Assembly (NCBI GenBank): GCA_043228905.1
Contig: JBHGNT010000011.1
Location: forward strand, 7,998,001 to 8,062,000
Origin: Azolla caroliniana
Taxonomy: Eukaryota; Plantae; Polypodiophyta
DNA: 64,000 nt
Reading direction: 5' to 3'
The notes under the pieces are model-generated. The model saw only the letters and a program-made list of their open reading frames with translations, had not been told where the DNA came from and made no database searches. Shown piece after piece: positions 35,980 to 45,988 of the stretch (its first letter is position 1; the number at the start of each line of letters is the position of its first letter). The position numbers and the translations under genes were made by a program.

Positions 35980-37149
35980 ATGGCCACCGTTAGCGCTGAA
36001 GAGTATCAATCCGTTTTCTCGGAATTTCAATGCTTGAAAGAGAAGTTTCATGCTTTGGAACAAGAAAATCAACGCTTGTTGGGGGATCTTCAGCAAATTT
36101 CCTTAGAAAAGCAGCAAACGCAACAACAGCATGGGGAACTTGCGTTACGCGTGCAACAACTCGAAGCAACCATCGTAGCAATGCAACAACAAGGGCACGG
36201 AGCACAAGGGATTCATAAAGAACCCAAGATTGGCCTTCCCACGAAGTTCGATGGAACGCGATCGCAGTTTAGAGGGTTTCTTAACCAGGTACGGTTAGTT
36301 ATTCAAATGCATCCGTCCCGATATCCCACCGATGCATCACGAGTGGGTTTAGTAGGCACGTTGTTAAATGGCTCAGCATTAGCATGGTTCGCTCCGCTAC
36401 TAGAAAAGGAATCTCCAGTACTAAATAATTTTGAAGAATTCATAAGTGAGTTTAAAGCATGTTTTGGAGATACTGACAGCATAAGGACTGCAATCAACAA
36501 AATCCGGCGATTACGCCAAGGTGACCGTCCAGCCTCCGCATATGCTGCAGATTTCCGCCTACTCGCCGCCGATATCCCCTGGGATGATCAAGCATTGATG
36601 GAGCAGTTTCGCTATGGTCTACGCAACGATGTCAAGGATTTACTCTTGACTTTCCCTGAAGAGCCAAAATCATTAACAGAAGCAATCAGTCGAGCGGTCA
36701 GATGTGACAACCGCCTCTTCGAGCGACGTTCGGAACGACAATTTCAGATGCCGAGGGCAAGATCCGAGCCTACCTATGCCTCAGTGGTAGCGAAACCTTT
36801 TCAAAGGGAGTCACATAATGCGCCTCCAGTAAGTACTCCAACTCCAATGGAAATTGATACTACACGTCGTCGTGGGCCGCTATCGGAGGAGGAAAAGCAA
36901 CGACGCCGAACAAACCGATTATGTCTTTATTGCGGTGGACCAGGGCATATCGCGATAAACTGTCCCCATAGACCAAGAAGGCAGGTAAACCAAGTCATTG
37001 TTAGTTCTGACTATACTAAACCCGAGTCTATTTCAGTAGGAATCTCTGATAATCCTCATAGTCATAATAGTCCTAATAGTACTAATAGTCCGAATCTCGC
37101 AAACAAATTTGATGTCCTTAGCCAATTAGAAGAAGAGTTAAACGACTAA
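35980..37149 (+). CDS. gag: Chromovirus Gag (coiled coil, capsid, CCHC knuckle), 389 aa
   Basis: PTKFDG, LNGSALAWF, FRYGL, PMEID and CLYCGGPGHIAINC motifs. Confidence 0.93.
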   Translation: MATVSAEEYQSVFSEFQCLKEKFHALEQENQRLLGDLQQISLEKQQTQQQHGELALRVQQLEATIVAMQQQGHGAQGIHKEPKIGLPTKFDGTRSQFRGFLNQVRLVIQMHPSRYPTDASRVGLVGTLLNGSALAWFAPLLEKESPVLNNFEEFISEFKACFGDTDSIRTAINKIRRLRQGDRPASAYAADFRLLAADIPWDDQALMEQFRYGLRNDVKDLLLTFPEEPKSLTEAISRAVRCDNRLFERRSERQFQMPRARSEPTYASVVAKPFQRESHNAPPVSTPTPMEIDTTRRRGPLSEEEKQRRRTNRLCLYCGGPGHIAINCPHRPRRQVNQVIVSSDYTKPESISVGISDNPHSHNSPNSTNSPNLANKFDVLSQLEEELND

Positions 37150-40100
37150 GTCCAGCCAAAATAGGAGCCGTTTGGTTGGACAGCCCTAGATCTGTGCAGC
37201 CCATTAGTGGTTCCATTCCCTCTAAGCAAGTTAGTGATGTGTTCGTAGCCCAAGTAGCAGTTAGTACTAAAAGTACCCCTCCAGTACATACCTTAGCCCT
37301 TCTAGATTCCGGAGCTAATTCTTGCTTCATGGATAGGAATTTTGCCCGAGCTCATCGGATATCTCTCAGAAAGCTCCCATGTCCGGCCTCAGTAGTAGTC
37401 ATTGATGGTCGTCCCATTGCTTCTGGTAATATCATAGAAGAGTCGGAACCCGTTAATATTGTCCTAGATAACTTAACATGTGTAGTATCATTTAATATTA
37501 TTAGTATTCCAGAACATCCCATAGTTTTAGGATTACCATGGTTTGAGTTACATGACCCAGACATAGATTGGAGGACAAGGGAAATCCGGTTGCGACAAAC
37601 CCAAGGATCTACCCAGAAGGTTGCAACCATTTCGCTACGTCAGTTGCGTGAGGAAGGGCACAAGGAGGAAATGTTTCTCTTCGCAATATCAGTACAACCC
37701 TCCAGCACCACCAAAGAGGAGTCCACCGTTCAACTTCCCGAGAAGTATCGTCAGTATGCTGATGTGTTCGATAAAGTACAAGCCAACACACTTCCTCATC
37801 ATCGGCCGTACGACTGCGCCATCGACTTACAACCGGGAAAAGAGCCGCCATGGGGGCCGATCTACAATTTGTCACCAACCGAGCTAGAAGTCCTTCGAGC
37901 CTATATAGAGGAGAATTTGGAGAACGGTTTCATTCGGCATTCGAAATCTCCAGCCGGCGCACCCATTTTCTTCGTCAAGAAAAAAGATGGCTCGCTTCGA
38001 CTCGTTGTAGATTACCGTGGCTTGAATAAGGTCACAGTAAGAAATAGGTATGCTCTTCCCCTTATCTCAAGTCTTTTAGAACGGATCAACGGTGCCAGGT
38101 TCTTCACGAAGATCGACTTACGAGGAGCCTATAACCTCGTACGGATCCGACCAGGAGATGAATGGAAGACCGCGTTTCGCACCAGATATGGGCACTTCGA
38201 GTATACGGTCATGCCGTTCGGACTCACTAATGCGCCGGCAGTCTTCCAGCACATGGCGAATGATATATTTCGAGATCTCTTGGATGATTTTTTGATCATC
38301 TATTTGGATGATCTACTGGTTTATTCAAAGACCCAAGAAGAACATGATTCTCATGTACTATTAGTACTAAAACGACTTCGAGAACATGGTCTGTATGCAA
38401 AGTTAGAGAAATGTAGTTTCGGGTGCAACCAAGTGGAGTTTCTCGGCTATGTCATCTCCTCAGAAGGCATATCTATGGACCCAGCCAAGGTCAAAACGGT
38501 GATAGAATGGCACACTCCGCGTTCGGTGCGGGATGTGCAATGCTTCCTAGGCTTTGCAAATTTTTACCGGAAGTTCATACAAAATTACTCAAAAATTGTG
38601 CTGCCTCTCACACAGCTCACCAGGAAGGGACAATCATTCATTTGGTCTAAAGAGACGGACATGGCTTTCGAGAGTCTTAAGAAGGCGTTTACATCAGCTC
38701 CAATTTTAGGTCATGTGGATCTGGAAAAACCATTCATTATCGAAGCTGACGCATCGGATTTCGCATTGGGGAGCATTCTGTCACAACAGGGTAACGACGA
38801 GAAGCTACATCCTGTGGCTTTCCACTCCCGTAAGTTTGACGCCGCCGAAATCAACTACGAAATTCATGATAAAGAGCTATTAGCAATAGTTGATTCTTTT
38901 ATGCAATGGAGGCATTTCCTGGAGGGATCTCCTCATCAGGTCACTGTATTCAGTGACCACAAGAACCTTGCCTACTTTCAAGATGCTCGTGTACTGAATC
39001 GACGTCAAGCTCGGTGGGCCCACTTCCTCACACGCTTCGACTTCAAAATTACATATCGTCCGGGGAAGCACCAAGGGAAGGCAGATGCATTATCACGGCG
39101 TTCGTATCTAACACCACGTCCCGGTGAGCCAGCTTTCGATAACCAGAAGCAAGTAATCTTGGGTCCAGCACGACTGCAAGCAGCACAGGTCTTTGACATG
39201 CCCGTGGATTCCGACATTACCAATACTATACGTGAGGACTTGAAGACTGACGCTTTCGCCCAAGCTATACTAGCACAAATTGACCCCTCTCGAGCGTCAT
39301 GTTCACAATCACAATCACCAGGTACGGATTATCGGCAATTCAAATACTGTGATGGATTACTCTTCTTTAAAGAACTTTTGTATGTTCCTAATGGTTCTTG
39401 CCGCCTTCGAGTAGTACAAAACTGCCATGACACATATACAGCAGGACATTTTGGTAGTACTAAAACATTAGATTTAGTACAACGATCATTCTGGTGGCCC
39501 CGTATGCGACAATTTGTCGAAGATTTTGTTCGGACTTGCGATACATGCTGCAGAGCGAAAATGCCAAGACATCATCCATATGGTTTATTAGAACCATTAC
39601 CAATTCCAAGCAAGCCATGGCAATCCATTGCTCTTGACTTCATTACAGATCTTCCAGTCTCTAAGGGATTCAGTGCGATTCTCACAGTGGTGGATCGATA
39701 TACGAAGATGGCTCATTTCTTACCATGTACTAAAGAAATATCTAGTGAAGACACCGCCGAAATTGTCATGCGGGAAGTATGTCGGCATCATGGACTCCCT
39801 GATAATATCATCAGCGATCGTGGACCCCAGTTTGTGTCAAAATTCTGGAAGCACCTTTTTAAAATGCTGAAGGTCACTTGTAACCTCTCCTCCGGCTACC
39901 ACCCACAAACCGACGGTCAAGCCGAACGAACAAATCAAACACTGGAGCAGTATCTGCGGTGCTTTCTCAACTATCATCAGAATGACTGGGCAGATATTCT
40001 TCAGTTCGCCGAATTTGCCTATAATAACGCTATCCACGCATCGACTAAAGTCACGCCATTCTACGCTTATACGGGATATCATCCCCGGTGGTGTGTCCTT

Positions 40101-40733
40101 GAAACCCTAGAAGTGTCCACAAATCCTTGCGCGGAGGATCGTTTGGAGCGGTTACGCAAGATACAAGCGGATTTATCTACTCAACTCCAGCAAGCTCAAC
40201 AATCACACAAGGACTACGCAGATCGTCATCGACTTCCATCCAGTTTTAACATTGGAGATCGGGTGTGGCTGCTACGACGACACATCAAGACTACTCGCCC
40301 ATGTGAGAAGTTGGATTATCGGCGATTAGGTCCTTTCCGTATTATCGGGAAGATTAATGATGTCGCTTTTCGTCTCGAGCTACCTCCGCAACTTCGGATA
40401 CATCCGGTGTTTCATAGTTCTCTCCTCGAACCCTATCACGAGAGCACTATCCCAGGACGTACTATACAACCTCCACCTCCTATCGAGCTCGAAGATGGAC
40501 CTGAGTATGAGGTCGCTGCCATCCTCGATTCCAAGATTGTTCGCAACAAGCTCTACTATCTAGTCGATTGGCTAGGATATAGTCCCAGCGAGCGTACTTG
40601 GGAACCGATCGAGAATGTGACCAATGCTCGTGCTCTTCTAGAAGACTTCCATCGACGATATCCCGAGAAACCGGGTCCTCAATCCAAAACGACTCGTGAA
40701 ACTCGTCGTTTTAAAGGGGGGATAGTGCCATAA
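37122..40733 (+). CDS. pol: Chromovirus Pol (PR-RT-RNase H-IN-chromodomain) in the -1 frame, probably expressed by frameshift
   Basis: LLDSGA, YLDD, EADASD, GHFG/CDTC, SDRG, DGQAE, LGPF and chromodomain EYEVAAILD...YLVDWLGY...TWEP; frame opens at 37122 overlapping the gag end; stop lies inside the 3' LTR. Confidence 0.93.
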   Translation, partial: PIRRRVKRLSPAKIGAVWLDSPRSVQPISGSIPSKQVSDVFVAQVAVSTKSTPPVHTLALLDSGANSCFMDRNFARAHRISLRKLPCPASVVVIDGRPIASGNIIEESEPVNIVLDNLTCVVSFNIISIPEHPIVLGLPWFELHDPDIDWRTREIRLRQTQGSTQKVATISLRQLREEGHKEEMFLFAISVQPSSTTKEESTVQLPEKYRQYADVFDKVQANTLPHHRPYDCAIDLQPGKEPPWGPIYNLSPTELEVLRAYIEENLENGFIRHSKSPAGAPIFFVKKKDGSLRLVVDYRGLNKVTVRNRYALPLISSLLERINGARFFTKIDLRGAYNLVRIRPGDEWKTAFRTRYGHFEYTVMPFGLTNAPAVFQHMANDIFRDLLDDFLIIYLDDLLVYSKTQEEHDSHVLLVLKRLREHGLYAKLEKCSFGCNQVEFLGYVISSEGISMDPAKVKTVIEWHTPRSVRDVQCFLGFANFYRKFIQNYSKIVLPLTQLTRKGQSFIWSKETDMAFESLKKAFTSAPILGHVDLEKPFIIEADASDFALGSILSQQGNDEKLHPVAFHSRKFDAAEINYEIHDKELLAIVDSFMQWRHFLEGSPHQVTVFSDHKNLAYFQDARVLNRRQARWAHFLTRFDFKITYRPGKHQGKADALSRRSYLTPRPGEPAFDNQKQVILGPARLQAAQVFDMPVDSDITNTIREDLKTDAFAQAILAQIDPSRASCSQSQSPGTDYRQFKYCDGLLFFKELLYVPNGSCRLRVVQNCHDTYTAGHFGSTKTLDLVQRSFWWPRMRQFVEDFVRTCDTCCRAKMPRHHPYGLLEPLPIPSKPWQSIALDFITDLPVSKGFSAILTVVDRYTKMAHFLPCTKEISSEDTAEIVMREVCRHHGLPDNIISDRGPQFVSKFWKHLFKMLKVTCNLSSGYHPQTDGQAERTNQTLEQYLRCFLNYHQNDWADILQFAEFAYNNAIHASTKVTPFYAYTGYHPRWCVLETLEVSTNPCAEDRLERLRKIQADLSTQLQQAQQSHKDYADRHRLPSSFNIGDRVWLLRRHIKTTRPCEKLDYRRLGPFRIIGKINDVAFRLELPPQLRIHPVFHSSLLEPYHESTIPGRTIQPPPPIELEDGPEYEVAAILDSKIVRNKLYYLVDWLGYSPSERTWEPIENVTNARALLEDFHRRYPEKPGPQSKTTRETRRFKGGIVP

Positions 40734-41015
40734 CTAGACTCGAACCCATAACCTTTTGTTACACGGGTCGAGACTTTACCATTAGGTTATGAATTGTAAT
40801 TTGAAGGATATTATTTTCATTTAGGTTTTATTGGGAAATTGATGTATATTCCAGATTTCTCTGGAACATTCTAGAAACTTCAGGAGTATTCCTGAAGACA
40901 CTATAAAAGGAGGCGCAAGGCATTAGTTCGAACCAAATCGGTTCAACGCCAGTCTTAAGCCTTCTAACTACTGTTGTATATCTTCCGTCATATAATACAT
41001 ATATCTTTCGCATCA

Positions 41016-41051
<36 letters not shown>

Positions 41052-41944
41052 ACTCATTCCTTCTCTCAAAGTTCGACACCTCTCATAGTACTAATCCTTC
41101 TCTGTCTTAGTACTATTCCCCAACAATAGTACTAATCCTTCTTTTAGTACTAATTCCTTCTCTGCCTTAATAGAGTTCCTGACAACATGATTTCAGATAA
41201 CAAGGAAGTCAGCGAGGATTTCTTTGGGTCAGCCAACGTAATAACAACAAAGGGGAGCACTCCGACGCTTAACGAATTCGACGAGAGCAAGTACGACGGG
41301 TCCCTGAAGATAAGCGGGTTCCTGAAGATCAGCGGGTTCCTGAAGATAATGACACCAGACGCGGCATGGACGAAGGAAGAGACCAACCGGATTCGGAAGA
41401 AAGCGTACCGATTCTTTCTACGAGACGAGAGCATATGGAAGCACCCGAAGAAGAGAGACGACATCCCGCTTCGAGTGGTGGCGAAGAAAGAGGAACAGGA
41501 AGAATTGCGGACGGCGTACCACGAGAGTCCCTGGGCCGCCGCTTCGAGTGGTGGCGAAGAAAGAGGAACAGGAAGAATTGCTGACGGCGTACCACGAGAG
41601 TCCCTGGGCCGGACACCGCGGGACGTGGGCCACATTCGAGAAGCTAAAAGGGAAGTACTGGTGGCCGAGACTATATCGGGACGTGCATCGGTTGGTGACG
41701 ACTTGCGAAAGCTGTCAGGTGCACTCCATAGTCCGACATCGGGCCGAGCTTCACCCGACCCACCCTCTGACCGTCCACTTCAAGTGGATGGTGGATCTGG
41801 TGACGATGCCGATGGGGGTAGGGCAGATGCGGTATCTGGTGCTGGCTCGGGAGGACCTGACGAACCAGGTGGAAGGCCGAGTGTTGCAAAGCAAAACGAA
41901 CACGACCGTGTGCCGATTTCTGATCGAAGAAGTGGTATGCCGGT

Positions 41945-41986
41945 TGTAACCGTAAGTGTTTGCGGAAGCGAAAAACAGAGAACAAC

Positions 41987-42019
<33 letters not shown>

Positions 42020-44057
42020 GAGAGTAGAACTCAATTTCAAAATTATATCAAGACTCTATATACACACTGTGCTACGTAGCACTATTTATACAAGTCCTCT
42101 TGGGACTGACAGAAGTACCATGTACTTCAATGCTCACACGAGCATCTGACACTTACTACGAGACTATAGCTACCTAGTAGTCTATCCTATACTAGGCTTC
42201 CGATTGGACTTCCGGTTACGGATTGCACCCGGCCTCCACTGCTTGCCGGTTCGGTTGCTCACCGTTTCGCCCGATCCGTCTTGCTTACTGGCTCCGGTTT
42301 ATTCAGCTGATCCGGCTCCGGTTGAGCTTGCCGCTCAACACTCCCCCTCAAGCTCAACCTGAGGTGGGGTCGTAGTGTCGACCTCTGTGGCAGTCGGTTC
42401 TTCCAACCGACTTCTCCTGGCGTCACTCCGCCTTGCTCGCGCTCCTCGTCCGGTCCGGTCCCGTTTGCCGCGACCCCTTTGGTTCTGCGCGCCTCGACCC
42501 TCTCGGTCGGCATGTCTGCTCAATAGGCCCATCTCAGCACTCACGTTGCTGTGATTCCGGCGCTTGCCGATCCGTTGGTTCTCCCACGATGGCATCGACT
42601 TCCGCTGTGTCCGTGTCCCCTTGGCCTTCAGTCGATCCGACTCATCCGGATCCATCTATTGATCTGAGTCAGCTGTCTCTGACTCGTTCCAGCTCTTGTC
42701 CGAATCGGTACACTCCGATTCGACTTCCGGCTTCAGGCCTCTCACCACATCAGACCACTTCCGAGTCTTGGCCTTCTCCATGCTTCCCTCGGCTTCTTCA
42801 GCCGGTGAACCGAAATCGAATTCTTCATTCGACTCCGCATCATGGTCAGTACCGTCGTGATGACCTCCGCACAGCATGCACTGCTCTTCCTGAGTGCACA
42901 ACTCTTCTTCACAGCCGCTTGCTCTGACCTGTTCGGATGTGTCAACTTCCTTCGTCGACTCGGCTTCCTTCATCTTCTTGTCTCCTCTTCTTCCAGCTCT
43001 CCTCTTACCGACGGGTTCAACAGTTTTTTGGCCTTTGCCCGTTTCAGTAGAGACTTTGCCCTTGCTTCTCCCTTGTACACACCGCAGTCCGGAACGCTCC
43101 GAACTTGGACGCCAGGCCTCCGAGACATACCTGCACCATCCCGTCTTCTTCTACGGTAACATTGATAGAGGCGAGCCAATTGCAGATCTCCTTTATCCGG
43201 CCCGTGTAGTCTGCCACAGACATGTTCTTCTATCGAACATTGCTCAACTCATGTCTGAGTTGCAGCTTCCGGGCAGTGGTACTTGCGGCGAAAACCTTTT
43301 TCAGGTTCCCCCAAGCATCCTTCGGTGTCTTGGCGTCACGGATGTGGCTGAGCAGCTGATCGCCGACACTGGACGCGAAGCAGTACATCACCCTGCTTGC
43401 CGCCTGTTCCCATACCGCGAAGTCCTTGTATGCCGAGTCGGGCGCCGCATCATTCGCTCCTTTGACATAACTCCAGTACCCGTGTCCAAGCAGGTACTGG
43501 TGCATCTTGTAAGACCAGGATGCGTAGTTGCTCCTGTCGAGCTTCTCCACCGGGAGCGACGTAGCCATGCCTCTATCTATGTCTTCTACTGTGTCCGTTT
43601 TCGACCTGTTAGGGTTTTCTTCTCAAGAGTAAATGTCTGCAGCAGAGGTTCTCAACCCTCGTGCTCTGATACCATGTAACCGTAAGTGTTTGCGAAAGCG
43701 TAAAACAGAGAACAACACACAGAGAGAGCAGAACTCAATTTCAAAATTATATCAAGACTCTATATACACACTATGCTAAGTAGCACTATTTATACAAGTC
43801 CTCTTGGGACTGACAGAAGTACCATGTACTTCAATGCTCGCACGAGCATCTGACACTTACTACGAGACTATAGCTACCTAGTAGTCTATCCTATACTAGG
43901 CTTCCGATTGGACTTCCGGTTACGGATTGCACCTGGCCTCCACTGCTTGCCGGTTCGGTTGCTCACCGTCATACCGATCCATTTCACCTGATCCGACTCA
44001 CTTACCGGCTCCGGCTTATTCAGCTGATCCGGCTCCGGTTGAGCTTGCCGCTCAACA
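41945..44057 (-). mobile_element. Small non-autonomous copia derivative (partial gag only)
   Basis: LTRs 41945-42340 and 43675-44057; TSD CCGGT; PBS GCTCTGATACCA 43663-43674; PPT CTCCCCCTCA 42341-42350; gag fragment from 43568; no pol. Confidence 0.92.
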
Positions 44058-45893
44058 CCGGTACAGGTGCGTAGGTAAGATCGTGGCCGACCGCGGGGAA
44101 TTGGACACGCAAGAGGCGGAAGAGCTGTTTGACCGGCTAGGAATTAAACTCTCACTCACCATGGCGTACAATCCGGAGGCTAACGGGATGGTGGAGCGTG
44201 GACACGGGCCGATCATCAAAGCGTTGGTACGAGCGTGTGGAGGCCATGTCGGGAACTGGCCGCGGCTCTTAACCTATGCGTTGTGGGCAGACCGAACTAC
44301 ACACAGTTCGGTAACCGGGGTCATGCCGACAGGCTAATGTACGGGCAGAAGCCGATCATGCCAACGGAGCAAACAATTTCCTCATGGGCCACGGTGGACT
44401 GGAACAACGAGATGAGTCGGGAGGAGCTATTAGCGGCACGGATTCGGCAGCTAGAACGAAGACTGGAGGACGTGGACCAAGTCGCGGAGAAGCTATGGGC
44501 GGCGAGGGTAAAGAACAAAGGATGGTTTGACTAGACTCACCGACTGAGACTGAAGAAGATCGAGGAAGGCGACTGGGTTCTAGTATATGACAGCAGCCTC
44601 GACAACCAGCATAGGGCAACGCGGAAGTTTGCAAGAAGGTGGTTCGGGTTGTATGTGGTGACAAGCACCAACGACAACGGGACCTACCATCTCACGGAGC
44701 TCGACGGGACAAGGATGACGGTACCGGTGGAGGGGAAAAGGATCAAATCATTCAAAAAGCGGCACGAGGCTGAACCGGACCCGGACGGCCTGGATAGTGA
44801 CAACGATCGGCTCGGACTAGATGCCGATCCGGAAGACGAAGGATAAGCGTGGGCCGGTCTTCTCTAGCAAGAGTCTAATTTTGGCGCATACCGGTGGATG
44901 CGTGGTTAGTTGGGGCCAGATGTCGTGGAGAAAACCGTCCCTAGGCGGAAACTGGGCATAACTTGTGTAAACCGGCCCTTACACGTGAGCACAACTTTTG
45001 CTGTATAGTACGTAGGTACGTACAAGTCTCATGAGGCGAAATCCTAGGTAGTACGCATCTGGTAGGGAGGAAATTGAGGCGTATCCCCTCCTTGGGCTAT
45101 AAAAGAGAGTGAGAAGTGAGGAAAAAAAGGTATCGCATTTTAGGAGGGAGGACAAAGTGCCGTCGGACTGGGACCGAGCTCTCTCCTCCATCGTTCGTCG
45201 TTCTCTGCAGGTTTTTGGACTGAGTTGCCTCTACTTCGTGGACAGCCTGTGTGCTTCTGGCAGAGGCTCCACAGTGCAATCGGGGTTGTGTGCGTGCGTG
45301 AGCATCGTATGTGTGTGTATTCACCTGAGTCGGGTCCGTTGCCGGCTTGCCGGTTGTAATCGTTATTGATTTGTAATTAAGTCTTTGTTCTCTGCCTCTT
45401 TCTCCCTCTGTGTTTCTGCAAGTTGCTCTCTCTCTCTTCTTTCTCACGCTCAGTTCAAGGCCCCCACGGTCCCGCCTCTTTCCGCACGCGAAGAGCGTAA
45501 CAACTCGATAGGGTACCACTAGTTCCCCATGTTGTTGTGGCGTTTGCTGCTTTTCTAAGGATATTTGTTGAAGATCCCCCAACAACCGTTGATTTTCTTG
45601 TTCCAAAGCAAAGAACTTCTCTTTCAAGCATTGTAGCTCTGAGAAAACGGATCGATATTCTTGAGTGCTAACAATGGCCATAGTATGAGAGAAAAGAGGA
45701 ATAAGAGATTAGTATGAAGGGAGGGAGAAGTAAGAAGATAAAGGAAGAGAAGGAAGGAGAGGAAAATTGGTTCAGACTATTAGGAGCAGTACTAAGACAG
45801 AGAAGTATCGTCAGGAACGGTACTAAAACAGAGAAGGAATTAGTACTAAGAGATTAGGATTAGTACTTAGGGAGGTGTAGAACTCTCGAGAGA

Positions 45894-45895
<2 letters not shown>

Positions 45896-45959
<64 letters not shown>
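45896..45959 (+). repeat. (GA)n microsatellite expanded within the chromovirus LTR
   Basis: About 30 GA units, versus shorter tracts in the other LTR copies. Confidence 0.95.
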
Positions 45960-45962
<3 letters not shown>

Positions 45963-45988
45963 TGAGGATAACAAAAGATATATATTAT

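Larger units (their letters stand above)
35431..41184 (+). mobile_element. Apparently intact young chromodomain Ty3/gypsy element (Tcn1/Tf1-sushi-like chromovirus)
   Basis: LTRs 35431-35891 (461 bp) and 40726-41184 (459 bp) differ by one visible substitution and one CT unit; TSD ACATG (35426-35430 / 41185-41189); PPT AAAGGGGGGA; open gag and pol. Confidence 0.97.
31020..45510 (+). mobile_element. Trp-primed gypsy copy 3, near full-length and decayed, with two nested insertions
   Basis: Truncated 5' LTR ending 31333; PBS 31338-31355; gag-PR 31378-33440; RT/RH to 35430; integrase pieces 41185-41944 and 44058-44846; 3' LTR 44921-45510; many stops and frameshifts. Confidence 0.92.
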
